NCBI GenBank assembly: GCA_963749495.1
Contig: CAVVMW010000006.1
Coordinates: forward strand, 480,001 to 544,000
DNA from: an uncultured bacterium
GTDB lineage: Bacteria > Verrucomicrobiota > Verrucomicrobiia > Limisphaerales > UBA8199
Reading direction: 5' to 3'
Length of the DNA stretch: 64,000 bases
The notes below the pieces were generated by a model. That model worked only from the letters and a program-made list of their open reading frames with translations. It had not been told where the DNA came from and ran no database searches. The stretch's first letter is position 1; each line of letters begins with the position of its first letter. Positions 1 through 10,250 of this stretch are shown in pieces. The position numbers were made by a program, and so were the translations under genes.

Positions 1-1305
1 GCCCATATCGATCAAGCGCGTGAAGGCGCTGGGCGCGTCGTTGGTGTGCAGGGTGCTGAAGACCAGGTGCCCGGTCAGGGCGGCCCGGATGGCGATCTCG
101 GCCGTCTCCAGGTCGCGGATTTCGCCCACCATGATGACGTTGGGGTCCTGGCGCAGGATGTGGCGCAAGCCCATGGCGAAGGTCAGCCCGATCTCGGGCC
201 GGACGGCGATTTGGTTGATCCCCTTCAGTTCGTATTCGACCGGTTCCTCGATGGTGATGATGCGCTTGTGTACCGAGTTGATCGTGCTCAGGAAGGCATA
301 GAGCGAAGTGGACTTGCCCGAGCCGGTCGGGCCGGTCACCAGGAAGATGCCGTGGGGCTTGACGATGATCTCGCGAATGGCCTGTTCTTCGAGGGGCGAA
401 AACCCCAGCTTGTCCAGGCTCAGGAAGATCTTGCCGCGCGTCAGCAACCGCAACGACACGCTCTCCCCATACACCGTCGGCACCGTCGAAACACGAATAT
501 CGATCTCCTCGCCCTTGATGCGGACATTGATGCGGCCGTCCTGGGGGAGGCGCTTCTCGGAGATGTTCATGCCCGACATGACCTTGATGCGCGAGATGAG
601 CGCCGCCTGGAACCGCTTGAGCTGTGGCGGCATGGGCGTTTGGTGGAGAATGCCGTTAATGCGGTAGCGGATGCGCAACTCGTCCTCGGCCGGCTCGAAA
701 TGAATGTCCGTCGCGCGGTCCTTGAAGGCCTCCCAGATGACCTGGTTGACGAATTTGATGACGCTGGCCTCCTGGTCGCTCTCGGTAATCTCCTTGTCCG
801 CCGGCAGATCCAGGTCCATCAGCATGTCTTCGCTCTCGTCCATCTGGCCGAGGGTGTCGGCGCCGACCCCGTAGAAATTCTTGAGCGCCTTCTCGATTTC
901 CACCTTGGCGGCCAGCGCAAACCGCACCGGGCCGCGCGCGTCGAATCGGACCGCGTTGAGCATCGCCGTGTCGAACGGGTTGCTCACCGCCACCTGCAAT
1001 GTGCCGTCGGTCACCTGGGTCGGGAGGACCGAGTATTGAAAGGCGACCTTGGTCGAGATCCGGGTCCGGGCCTCGGCGGGCACCTTGAGCTTGGGCAGGT
1101 CCAGGTACGGCCACTGCAGCGCCTTGGCCAGGTCCTGGAGAAACACATCCTCCGTCAGGCCCCGTTCCCGGCACACGAACCCCAGCAGCGATTCCTGCGA
1201 ACCGCCCTGCACGGCCACCCGCCAGGCCCGCGTCCACTCCTCGAACTGTCCGGGAGTCGCCAGGCCCATCCGGGCCACAAATTCTCGAAATGACACAAAA
1301 GCCAT
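1..1305 (-). CDS. GspE/PilB-family secretion ATPase (3' end runs off the window)
   Basis: Not in the ORF track. Manual translation from ATG at 1305: MAFVSFREFVARMG...ASVIKFVNQVIWEAFKDRATDIHFEP...EKRLPQDGRI...LVTGPTGSGKSTSLY (Walker A)...LRQDPNVIMVGEIRD (Walker B)...GHLVFSTLHTND. Confidence 0.93.
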   Translation of the reverse strand, partial: MAFVSFREFVARMGLATPGQFEEWTRAWRVAVQGGSQESLLGFVCRERGLTEDVFLQDLAKALQWPYLDLPKLKVPAEARTRISTKVAFQYSVLPTQVTDGTLQVAVSNPFDTAMLNAVRFDARGPVRFALAAKVEIEKALKNFYGVGADTLGQMDESEDMLMDLDLPADKEITESDQEASVIKFVNQVIWEAFKDRATDIHFEPAEDELRIRYRINGILHQTPMPPQLKRFQAALISRIKVMSGMNISEKRLPQDGRINVRIKGEEIDIRVSTVPTVYGESVSLRLLTRGKIFLSLDKLGFSPLEEQAIREIIVKPHGIFLVTGPTGSGKSTSLYAFLSTINSVHKRIITIEEPVEYELKGINQIAVRPEIGLTFAMGLRHILRQDPNVIMVGEIRDLETAEIAIRAALTGHLVFSTLHTNDAPSAFTRLIDMG

Positions 1306-1397
1306 TTGTCTCGTCAAGTCATCGCTAGTCTTCTGAAACAAACCAGACTGGAAAAAGTTGCGCCCAGGGGCAAACTATTTGCAGGGTCACATTCCGT

Positions 1398-1426
1398 TTG
1401 ACACCCGGGGCGGCAACGCGTTTCAT
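1398..1426 (+). promoter_or_regulatory. Candidate sigma70 promoter for the DUF1080 gene
   Basis: TTGACA (1398-1403), 17-nt spacer, TTTCAT (1421-1426), upstream of ATG 1454. Confidence 0.4.
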
Positions 1427-1453
1427 CCCCCTAAGTGCAATAGACACACAACC

Positions 1454-2839
1454 ATGAAAGCCATTGTCCCTCTGCCCTCACGCCTTGCCGCAAGAACCTC
1501 CCCTGCCCCCACAAGGGCGAATTTCCTCCTGGCCGCGGCCACGCTCCCCGCCTTCCTGCTCCTGGCCGCCACGGCCCAACCGGCCGCCGCGGCGGTGACT
1601 CCGCCCCCCGGATTCACCGCCTTGTTCAACGGCCAGGACCTCACAGGCTGGCGCGGCGGGGAGACCTTCGACCACCGCAAGCTCCTGGCCATGACGCCCG
1701 AGGGGCGCGAGGCGCAAATCGCTAAGTGGACCGAGCAGATGCAGGGCCACTGGACGGTCGAAAACGGGGAACTCGTCAACGACGGCCAGGGCGCCTACGC
1801 CACCACGCAGAAGGACTACGGCGACTTCGAACTCCTGGTCGAGTACAAGACGGTCCCGCTGGCCGATTCGGGCATTTACCTGCGCGGCTGTCCCCAGGTG
1901 CAGATCTGGGATTATACCGAAGCGGGCGGCAAGTTTTCTCTGGGCGCCGACAAGGGCTCGGGCGGGCTTTGGAACAACCGCCCGGGCTCGCCCGGCAAAG
2001 ACCCGCTGGTCCTGGCCGATAGGCCCTTTGGACAATGGAACACTGTGCGGGTCATCATGGTCGGCGCGCGCGTGAGCGTCTGGCTTAACAACAAGCTGGT
2101 GGTGGACCATGCCCTTCTCGAGAACATGTACGACTACAAGGTCCCCGTGCCCCCCAAAGGCCCCATCGAACTCCAAACCCATGGCGGCGAAATCCGCTGG
2201 CGCAATATCTTCATCCGCGAAATCGGCTCCGATGAGGCCGACCGCATCCTGGCCGGCCATGGCGAAGAGGGCTTTCAATCCGTCTTCAACGGGCGCGATT
2301 TCACCGGCTGGGCCGGGCCGACCAATGAATACGAGATCGTCGACGGCGCCATCCAATGCCGTCCCAACAAAGGCGGCACCATTTACACGACCGGCGAGTA
2401 TGGCGATTTCATGGCGCGGGTCGAGATCAAGCTGCCGCCCGGCGGCAACAACGGCCTGGCCATCCGCTACCCGGGCCACGGCGACACCGCCTACGTCGGC
2501 ATGTGCGAATCACAGGTCCTGGATGACAACTACGAAAAGGCCACCGGCGAAAAAATTGACCCCCGCCAGGCCCACGGCTCGGCTTATGGCATGGTCGCCG
2601 CCGCCCGCGGTTACCAGCACCCTATCCGCGAGTGGAATTTCGAGGAGGTCACCGTCAAAGGCCCCAAGATCAAAGTCGAACTCAACGGCACCGTCATTCT
2701 CGACTGCAACCTCTCCAAAGTGACCCAGTACATGGCCAACTCCGCCCACCCGGGCAAGGACCGCACCAAAGGCTCCTTCGGCTTTGCCGGCCACAACGAC
2801 CCCGTCGCCTTCCGCAATATCCGCATCAAGCCGCTCTGA
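1454..2839 (+). CDS. Secreted tandem DUF1080 (3-keto-disaccharide hydrolase-like) protein
   Basis: Signal-peptide-like N-terminus. Two LFNGxDLTGW / DSGIYLRG or NNGLAIR / GPIELQTHG / FRNIRIK repeats typical of DUF1080. Confidence 0.88.
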   Translation: MKAIVPLPSRLAARTSPAPTRANFLLAAATLPAFLLLAATAQPAAAAVTPPPGFTALFNGQDLTGWRGGETFDHRKLLAMTPEGREAQIAKWTEQMQGHWTVENGELVNDGQGAYATTQKDYGDFELLVEYKTVPLADSGIYLRGCPQVQIWDYTEAGGKFSLGADKGSGGLWNNRPGSPGKDPLVLADRPFGQWNTVRVIMVGARVSVWLNNKLVVDHALLENMYDYKVPVPPKGPIELQTHGGEIRWRNIFIREIGSDEADRILAGHGEEGFQSVFNGRDFTGWAGPTNEYEIVDGAIQCRPNKGGTIYTTGEYGDFMARVEIKLPPGGNNGLAIRYPGHGDTAYVGMCESQVLDDNYEKATGEKIDPRQAHGSAYGMVAAARGYQHPIREWNFEEVTVKGPKIKVELNGTVILDCNLSKVTQYMANSAHPGKDRTKGSFGFAGHNDPVAFRNIRIKPL

Positions 2840-2938
2840 AGCTAAAGGCTGAATCGTGGAGGCTCTCCACCCTCTGCGGCGCTTGCGCCACGGCGGAGAT
2901 GTGGCATTTTCAAGAGCCACGAAAAGCGCGGCTAAACT

Positions 2939-3244
2939 ATGGATAAACCAAAAATTATAGCTTACCTGAAGCCCGCCTGCGGCTGGAGCCGGGGGGTGCG
3001 GGCCGTCTTGACCAAATACGATCTGCCATACGAGGATCGCGACATCCAGAATGACCCGGCCCAGCGCCAGGAAATGGTGGCCCGGAGCGGGCAGGAGCTC
3101 AGCCCCTGTGTGGACATCAACGGCCACGTCCTGGCGGACGTGAGCGGTGACGAAGTGGAGACCTACCTTCTGGCCAATGGCCTGGTCGGGCCCACGGAGC
3201 GCGTGGCCGACGCGCCCACCAACCGCTGCGGCTGCGGCGGCTGA
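2939..3244 (+). CDS. Monothiol glutaredoxin-like protein
   Basis: YLKPACGWS active-site motif, SGQELSPCVDING glutaredoxin signature, 101 aa. Confidence 0.85.
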   Translation: MDKPKIIAYLKPACGWSRGVRAVLTKYDLPYEDRDIQNDPAQRQEMVARSGQELSPCVDINGHVLADVSGDEVETYLLANGLVGPTERVADAPTNRCGCGG

Positions 3245-3250
3245 GCGTCA

Positions 3251-3288
3251 TTGTCCCTTGTCTGCCTTATGTCCCTTTAGTCCCTTTG
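3251..3288. repeat. 9-bp GTCCCTTTA-type tandem array
   Basis: ttgtcccttg...tgtccctttagtcccttt. Same family at 20981-21024 and, inverted, at 29646-29679. It encodes the GETKGTKGT* end of the FHA gene. Confidence 0.7.
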
Positions 3289-4015
3289 GTCTCACCGCCT
3301 TGCGCTGGACGCGCCGCAGGCGGTGGACTGGGCACGACGATGCGCACGGTGCGAGTTTGTGAGGGCACCGGGGCAGGAGTGGCGGTCGGGCCGGGGCGCG
3401 CCTCGGGAACCGAGGCAGGCCTTGGACCGGGGGCAGGAGCGGCAGCGGGCGGGGGCTTCGGCCCCGGCACGACTATGCGCACTGGGGGAGCTGAGGCGGG
3501 CGCAGGCCCAGGCGCAGCGCCGGGCACTGCCCGCACAGCCGGCGCCGCAGGGGCCGGGGCCTGGACCGGCCGAGCGGCCGGTGCGGGGGCAGGAGCGGGC
3601 GCCGCCCCGGGACCCAGCGCCACGGCCCGCGCTGCCGGCGCAGCGCCGGGGATGGCCCGCGCGACCGGTGTCGCCGGCCGGGCCGGCGGCGGCGCAGCGG
3701 GGGTTGCGACAGGGGCCGCCGCCGGCGCTGGATCGGCGACGTAGAGCAGTTCGACTGCGCCCAGGTGGATCGTCTGGCCCGCCTCCAGCGTCGCCTCCCG
3801 CGCAAACACGCGGTTAATGTAGGTGCCGTTGGTCGAATTCAGGTCCTTGATCACCGCCGATTGCCCCGTCACGACAATTTGGCAGTGAGTGCCCGAGACG
3901 GAAAGGTCGGTGAATTTGAAGTCGTTGGCCGGCCCGCGGCCGAGGCGGTTGAGCCCGGGCTTGACTCGATTTCCCATGCGGCAGGCGAGCCGGGGTTGAC
4001 GAGGAGCTTTGGCAT
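3267..4015 (-). CDS. FHA-domain protein with Pro/Ala-rich tail (frameshift near 3965)
   Basis: ATG 4015 gives MPKLLVNPGSPAAWEIE, then a one-base shift into KPGLNRLGRGPANDF...SVSGTHCQI...DLNSTNGTYIN (FHA GR/SxxH/NGT motifs). Confidence 0.8.
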
Positions 4016-4131
4016 AAATGTTGAGCGCATCTTATTCCTGCGCCCGGGGGATTGTCGAATAGAATCTGCTCCGGAAGCTCAAGGCGGGTTAAGGATTGAC
4101 ATTCCGGGCCAAAGGAGTATGCCATCGACCC

Positions 4132-5703
4132 GTGGCAAAGTCTTGCGCAGCAGTCCCGGCCTCAGCGGCAACGGCGCTCTTGGCGCTGCTGTTGTCCCTG
4201 TGCGGGTGCAACGCCCGGTCCGAGGCACCCGGGCAATCCACCAACCGCGCGCAGCAGGCCAGCTCCTCTGAGGGCCTGCGCCGCATCCGCGAGCCGGCCG
4301 TCGCCGGCCTCTTCTATCCGGCGGACGAACGGGCCCTGGCAAAGGCCGTCGATGCCCTGCTGGAGAACGCCCCGCGGCACCAGTTCCCGCGCCTGCGCGG
4401 GTTGGTCTGCCCGCACGCGGGCTATGTCTTTTCGGGCCAGACCGCCGCGATTGGCTACAAGACGTTGACGGGGCACGATGTGCGGACGGTGATTGTGTTG
4501 GGTCCCAGCCACTATGCCTTGCTGGAGGGCGCCTGTATAACCGATGCCCAGGGCTACCGGACCCCGCTTGGCGTGGTGCCGATCTCGGAGAAGGCGGCGG
4601 CCCTGGCCGCGGTGGCGCCGTTTGCCCTGGAAAAACCGTGCCGCGTCCAGCGGCCCGACTGGTGGCGCCAGGCGCCCAAGGCCGCACCCGAGCCCGGCCA
4701 GGACACGCCCGAGACCTGGGAGCACTCCGTCGAGGTCCAGGTCCCCTTCCTGCAGCGCGTCGTCAAGGATTTCAAGCTCCTGCCCATCGTCGTGGGCATG
4801 GCGGACCCCGAGAAGATTGCCCAGGGCCTGGCGCCAATACTCGATGATAAAACAATTGTTGTTGCCAGCTCGGATTTAAGTCATTATCACCCCTACGATG
4901 CAGCCAAAGATCTTGACACCCGGTGTGTCAAGGCCATTTGCAACGTGAACACCGATGACATGAAATCCCAGGAGGCCTGCGGCAAGCTGCCGATTCTCTC
5001 GCTCATGCACCTGGCCAAGATCAAGGGCTGGAAGGCCCAACTCCTGGACGCGCGCAATAGCGGGGACGTCTCCGGCTCCAGAGAGAGCGTAGTGGGTTAT
5101 GCCGCCGTGGCCTTCTTCGAGCCGGGCACCGAGACCTATGACGCGACCGAGAGAAAGTCGCTGCTCGAACTGGCCCGCCGCACGTTGTCCAAGGCGGCCG
5201 CCGATCCTGCCGGGCCGGGGCCTGTCCTGGACGCCGGGAGCTTTTCTTCGAAACTGGCCCAACCCAAGGGCTGCTTCGTCACGCTCACCAAGGGCGGTGT
5301 GTTGCGCGGGTGCATCGGCAACATCCTGCCCAAGGACGCCCTCTACCAGGCGGTCATGGAGAACGCCCGCAACGCCGCGCTGCGCGACCCGCGCTTCGAT
5401 CCGGTGCGGCCCGAGGAGGTCTCCCAGATCAAGATCGAGATCAGCGTCTTGACCGTGCCCGAGCCGCTGGCCTTCACCTCGCCCGACGACCTGCTGGCCA
5501 AGCTCCAGCCGCACCGGGACGGCGTCCTGCTCCGCATCGGCTCCCGCGCCGCCACCTTCCTGCCCCAAGTCTGGGAGCAGATCCCGGGCAAGGTCGAGTT
5601 CCTCGACCACCTCTCCCAAAAGGCCGGCTGCAACCCCTCGGCCTGGCGCGGCAAAGACACCTCCGTCTCCATCTATCACGTCGAGTGTTTCCAGGAGAAT
5701 TGA
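4132..5703 (+). CDS. amrB: AmmeMemoRadiSam protein B (MEMO1-like) fused to protein A (AMMECR1-like), with N-terminal lipoprotein-like signal
   Basis: REPAVAGLFYP, PHAGYVFSG, LGPSH, EHSVEVQVPFLQ, ASSDLSHY, VVGYAA (MEMO); GCFVTL, LRGCIG, DPRF, IEISVL, ATFLPQVW (AMMECR1); LLALLLSLCGC lipobox. Start uncertain (4096 TTG or 4132 GTG). Confidence 0.92.
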   Translation: MAKSCAAVPASAATALLALLLSLCGCNARSEAPGQSTNRAQQASSSEGLRRIREPAVAGLFYPADERALAKAVDALLENAPRHQFPRLRGLVCPHAGYVFSGQTAAIGYKTLTGHDVRTVIVLGPSHYALLEGACITDAQGYRTPLGVVPISEKAAALAAVAPFALEKPCRVQRPDWWRQAPKAAPEPGQDTPETWEHSVEVQVPFLQRVVKDFKLLPIVVGMADPEKIAQGLAPILDDKTIVVASSDLSHYHPYDAAKDLDTRCVKAICNVNTDDMKSQEACGKLPILSLMHLAKIKGWKAQLLDARNSGDVSGSRESVVGYAAVAFFEPGTETYDATERKSLLELARRTLSKAAADPAGPGPVLDAGSFSSKLAQPKGCFVTLTKGGVLRGCIGNILPKDALYQAVMENARNAALRDPRFDPVRPEEVSQIKIEISVLTVPEPLAFTSPDDLLAKLQPHRDGVLLRIGSRAATFLPQVWEQIPGKVEFLDHLSQKAGCNPSAWRGKDTSVSIYHVECFQEN

Positions 5704-5795
5704 GGTCGCCGCGGCGCGGCGCCGACGGAAAATCCGTGCCCAATCCCATCGCCGGGTGTACAACACCGTCATCCTTTTGCGCAGGCGCTGACCTC

Positions 5796-6007
5796 CGGCC
5801 CAAGGGGCCGGCAGAGCCCAGCCCAGGGCTGAGGCCGCTAGGCCGATGCCCTGGGAATGGACCTCCAAGAACAGGTGCGCGCCCTGAAGGGGCGCCAGAG
5901 CGCTCTGGCGCCCCTTCAGGGCGCCCGGCCCGCGTTTGCGGCCAAAACCCAGGGCATCGGCCTCACGGCCTCAGCCCTGGGCTAGGTTCTGGCGGCCCCT
6001 TGGGCCG
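5796..6007. repeat. ~210-bp nested palindromic REP/REPIN-like element
   Basis: Terminal IR CGGCCCAAGGGGCCG, inner IR CCCAGGGCTGAGGCC/GGCCTCAGCCCTGGG, perfect central palindrome GCGCCCTGAAGGGGCGCCAGAGCGCTCTGGCGCCCCTTCAGGGCGC. Confidence 0.85.
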
Positions 6008-6091
6008 CGAGGCAGCTCAGTCTGCCTGAAGTCAATTCACAACGCGACATTTACCTTGCACACTTGCTTAGAATGCCCAGGTGATCGCCCG

Positions 6092-8399
6092 TTGCCCGAG
6101 GCCTCGGCCCGGCTCCTGCTTTTTGCCCTCTTGGCGCTGGGCTTCTCCTGCGTGATGACGCAGTTGGCGCTGATGCGGGAATTGCTCGGCGCCTTTTCGG
6201 GCAACGAGATGGTCCTGGGCATTGTGCTGGGGCTGTGGCTGCTGCTCATGGGTTTGGGCGCGGGCTTGGGCCGCTTCTGGACGAGGCTGCGCGACCCGGC
6301 GTCCATGCTGGCGCTTTTGCTGATCTGGCTGGCGCTCCTGCCGCCGGCCCAAGTGTTTCTGGCGCGCTCCTTGCGCAATGTCATCTTTATCCGCGGCGCC
6401 GCCATTGGCGTCGGCCAGACCGCCGCAGCCGGCCTGGTCCTGTTGCTCCCGTACTGCCTGGCCGCCGGCGGCGCGCTGGCCCTGGGCTGCACCCTGCCTC
6501 GAGCGCCGGCGCGGGGCCGTTGGCGCCGGCCAGGGCTATGTCGCCGACAGCCTCGGCAGCATTGCCGGGGGCATCCTCTTCGTTTGCGGGCATTCCCTGG
6601 ACCACATCGCCCTGCTGGTCGTTCCTGCGCTGGTCAATCTGCTGGCGGTTCAGGCGCTGGACTTGCCTGTGCCGGGTCGGACCGGTCGGACCGGTCCGAC
6701 GGGTCTGACGCGTCGGACTCGGCTCGCGTGGTTGCTCGGCCTTGCGCTGGTGGCGGCGGTCCTCTTTCTGGATCCGGACGGTCTGTCCACCCGCCTCCAG
6801 TACCCGCAGCAGCGCATCGTGGCGCGGGCCAATTCCCCTTACGGCAGGCTCCTGCTGACCCGCTCCGAAGGGCAGCTCAATTTTATCGAGAACGGCGTGC
6901 CTCTGACCTCAACCCGCGACGAGCAGCACATCGAGGAGACCGTCCATTATGCCCTGGCCCAGCGGCCCGACGCCCGCCGGGTGCTGCTCGTCTCCGGCGC
7001 CGTCTCCGGAACCGCGCGGGAGGTTCTCAAATACCCGGTCCAACGGATCGATTACGTCGAACTGGACCCGCTCATCCTGGAACTGGGCAAGAAATATCTG
7101 CCCGAGAACCTGGCCGACCCGCGCCTGCACATTATCAACACTGATGGCCGGCTCTTTATCAAACAGCGGCCGGCGGCCAGCGCAGAGGCACGAGCGGCGA
7201 GGGACGAGGGCTACGATGTCATCATCCTGGATCTTCCGGCCCCGGCGACCGCCCAACTGAACCGCTTCTACACCGTCGAGTTCATGGCCGAGGTGAAGCG
7301 GGCCTTGGCGCCCGGCGGAGTGCTCTCCTTCTCACTGGGCGAGTATGAGAACTACGTCAGTCCGGAGCTGGCCCGGTTGCTGGCGTCGGCGCACGGCACG
7401 GTAAAGACGTCCTTTCGCCACACCCTTCTGATTCCGGGCGGCCGGGTCTTCTTCCTGGCCTCGGACGGGCCGCTCTACCCGGACATTGCCTCGCGCCTGG
7501 AGCAGCGCCAGGTCCAGACCCGCCTGGTCCATCGCCATTACCTGGACGCCATGCTGGCGCCGGATCGGATGGCGGACCTCGAGCGGGCCGTTGCGCAACC
7601 GGCGGCACTCAACAGGGACTTCAGTCCCATCCTCTACTTCTACCATCTCCGCCACTGGATGAGCCAATTCAATACCCGCTTTGGCCCGCTCCAGGCCCTC
7701 CTGCTGGCCGCGCTTGGCTTTTACCTGGTGCGTTTGCGCCGCGCCGCCCTTGTCCTCTTTGCCTCCGGCTTCGCCGGCTCGGCCCTCGAGTTGGTCCTCC
7801 TCCTGGCCTTCCAGGTCCTTTGCGGGTCGGTCTATCACCAAGTCGGACTCATCGTCACCGTCTTCATGCTCGGCCTGGCGTGCGGGGCGTGGTGGGCGAA
7901 CCGGGCCGCCTGGGCCTGGCAGCAGGCGCCGGTTGTCGAAAGCGGGGTCGGGGCGCCGAGGGGCCAGGGGCCGAAGGTGAAGGGCCGGCCTGTGTGCTCA
8001 GGCGAAGAGGCGCAGAGAGTTCCACAGCTTCTGGCGTGGCTCTCCGCCGCCATTGCCGCTTATTCGCTCTGTCTGCCACTGATCCTGCCGGCGCTGGGCC
8101 GCTTGGGCGGCACGGCCTCCGCGGTGCTGGCGATCAAGACTGTCATTGCCGCGCTGACCTTCCTGCTGGCCGCCCTGGCCGGCGTCCAGTTCCCCCTGGC
8201 CATCCGCCTTGACCCGGCATCGGCTCCCTCGAGCCTGTCCCGCCTTTACACCGCCGATTTCCTGGGGGCCTGCCTGGGCGCCCTGCTCTCCTCGACGCTC
8301 CTCATCCCGCTGCTGGGCCTGTCCGGAGCGTGCCTGCTAACCGCCGCTCTGAATGCCCTCGCAGCGGTCGTGGTCGGAAGGGTCGGACTGGTGCGGTGA
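6092..8399 (+). CDS. Polytopic membrane protein with central spermidine-synthase-like SAM-binding domain (frameshift near 6500)
   Basis: N-terminal TM block (QLALMRELLGAFSGNE) in one frame, continuing in another with YVADSLGS, SPYGRL, EETVHYAL, VLLVSG, YVELDP, TDGRLFI, YDVIILDLP, NRFYTVEF, then a C-terminal TM block ending LYTADFLGACLG. Confidence 0.85.
6675..6718. repeat. 9-bp GTCNGAC-NN tandem array inserted in frame in the spermidine-synthase-like gene
   Basis: ggtcggaccggtcggaccggtccgacgggtctgacgcgtcggac reads GRTGRTGPTGLTRRT. Same family flanks the four-helix-bundle gene. Confidence 0.75.
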
Positions 8400-8422
8400 T
8401 GGCGGAGACTGCCTCCCCGGCG

Positions 8423-8572
8423 GACCCCTCACCCCAGCCCTCTCCCCTTCGGAAGGGGAGAGGGAGAAGCGTCGGCCGTCTCTTGAACTTCCCAGCATCT
8501 CTGGTTCCTCCATCGGCTGCGGAGAATCCTCCCTCTCCCCATCCGATGGGGAGAGGGCCGGGGTGAGGGGTC
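8423..8572. repeat. 150-bp CCCCTCACCCC/CCCTCTCCCC hairpin element, copy 1
   Basis: Ends GACCCCTCACCCC...GGGGTGAGGGGTC with two internal CCCTCTCCCC-N-GGGGAGAGGG hairpins. Close reverse-complement copy at 17181-17331. Confidence 0.88.
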
Positions 8573-8620
8573 TGCGGCGTCAGACCAATCTTTGACAGAC
8601 CGGTTACAATGGCCCCCGTG

Positions 8621-8884
8621 ATGAGCAGGTTTAACATCCTCTGCCTGAAGCTGGTCCGGTGGAGCGGTTGGCTGCTGCTGCCGCTGGTGCTGCTGTTCCT
8701 GTTGAGCGGCTACATCATGGACGGCCGATACGGCCTGAGCCGGTTGCTGGATGAAAAGGCGGCGCTGACCTTTCACCGGATGCTGCATTGGCCGCTAATC
8801 GTTCTTGTGCTGGCGCACAGCCTGCCGGCGGTGTATCTTGCCGTGCAGCGATGGGGTTGGATCAAACATCGCCAGGCGCCGTGA
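8621..8884 (+). CDS. Small two-TM membrane protein with several histidines (cytochrome-b-like)
   Basis: RWSGWLLLPLVLLFLLSGY...FHRMLHWPLIVLVLAHSL. Stop overlaps the GTG of the radical SAM gene. Confidence 0.65.
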   Translation: MSRFNILCLKLVRWSGWLLLPLVLLFLLSGYIMDGRYGLSRLLDEKAALTFHRMLHWPLIVLVLAHSLPAVYLAVQRWGWIKHRQAP

Positions 8885-10208
8885 AAATCCCTGAACCAGA
8901 CCCGCCGGAGCGCCCGGGCGGCCAGACACGCCGGCACACCGGCCTCTCCCGCCGCGCGGCGATCGCTTTGGGTTCGGCGGGCGCCGCCGGGCTGGCGGGG
9001 GCTTCTCTGATTGACCTCTTTTCCAAGTGGCGCAACGCGGAGGCCCCGGCCGACATCTTCAAGGGCGACGCGCCCCACGCCGAGGTGTGGGAACTCTGGC
9101 GCAAGCGCGGCTGGGTCAAGGAGGCCTCCCACTACTTCAAGCTCGGCCGCAACGTGCAGTGCAAGGTCTGTCCAAACAACTGCCTGCTCGCGCCGGGCGA
9201 CCGCAGCCATTGCCGGAACAAGGTCAACCAGGATGGCGTGCTCTACACCATGGTGTATGGCAATCCCTGCACCTTCCACGTCGATCCCGTCGAGAAAAAG
9301 CCCTTGTTCCATTTCCTGCCTGGCAGCCGCACCTTCTCCCTGGCCACCTCCGGCTGCGTCTTCCGCTGCCTCAACTGCCAGAACTGGGAGATCTCCCAGA
9401 AAAAACCCGAGGAGACCAAGGACCCGCGCGGCCCCGAGTTGCGCCTGCGCCCGCCCCTGCCGGCCGGCCTCTCCCTCAGCGATGTCGCCCGCCTCAGCCT
9501 CTTTCCCGACGATGCCGTCGCCGTGGCCGACGCCCTCGCCTGCCCCTCGATCTCCTACACCTACTCCGAACCGACCTCCTTTTACGAATACACCCTGGAC
9601 ACCTGCAAGGCCGCCCGCCAGCGCCATCTCAAGAACATCGTCGTCAGTTGCGGCTCGATTGAAGAACGCCCTGCCCGCGACCTCTACCAGTTCGTGGACG
9701 CCGCGCACGTCAACCTCAAGGGCTTCGACCAGCAGATTTACTCCAAGCTCAACTCCGGCCGGCTCCAGCCCATCCTGCGCACCCTCAAGACGCTCAAAGA
9801 ACTGGGCATCTGGTTCGAGATCATCAACCTGATCGTGCCGACTTACACCGACAACCTGGCCACCATCCGCAAGATGTGCGCCTGGATAGCCAAAGAGTTC
9901 GGGCCGACCAACCCCTGCACTTCTCCCGCTTTCATCCCGAGCACAAGCTGGCGTACCTGACCCCCACGCCCGTCGAGGTCCTCCTCAAGGCGCGCGACGC
10001 CGCCCGCGCCGAGGGCCTCCGCTACGTTTATATCGGCAACGTCCCCGGCCTGGCCGACGCCGAGACCACCTTCTGCCCCAGTTGCAAAAAGCCCATCATC
10101 CGCCGCGACATCTTCGCCGTCACCACCCTCGATTTGGCCGCCGGCCACTGCCGCTTCTGCGGCGCCAAGATCGCCGGCGTCTGGCAAACCGGGCCGGACC
10201 AGAAATAG
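8881..10208 (+). CDS. amrS: AmmeMemoRadiSam radical SAM enzyme with Tat-like N-terminus (frameshift near 9905)
   Basis: VQCKVCPNNC...HC, DPVEKKPLFHFLPG, GCVFRCLNCQNWEISQ (CxxxCxxC), YTYSEP; after the shift PLHFSRFHP, YVYIGNVPG, TFCPSC...CRFCGAKIAGVW. N-terminal GLSRRAAIALG. Confidence 0.9.
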
Positions 10209-10250
10209 TTGCGCCGCGCCGTTCGGCCGGTGGACGCCTGCGGGGCGAGT

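Noticed and set aside
3267..3977. FHA (forkhead-associated) gene as part of a type VI secretion cluster
   Set aside because: No tss genes in the window; it is also unrelated to the filamentous haemagglutinin gene despite the shared abbreviation.
8592..8610. TTGACA…TACAAT as a promoter for the small membrane gene
   Set aside because: The spacing between the hexamers is far shorter than the 16-18 nt required.
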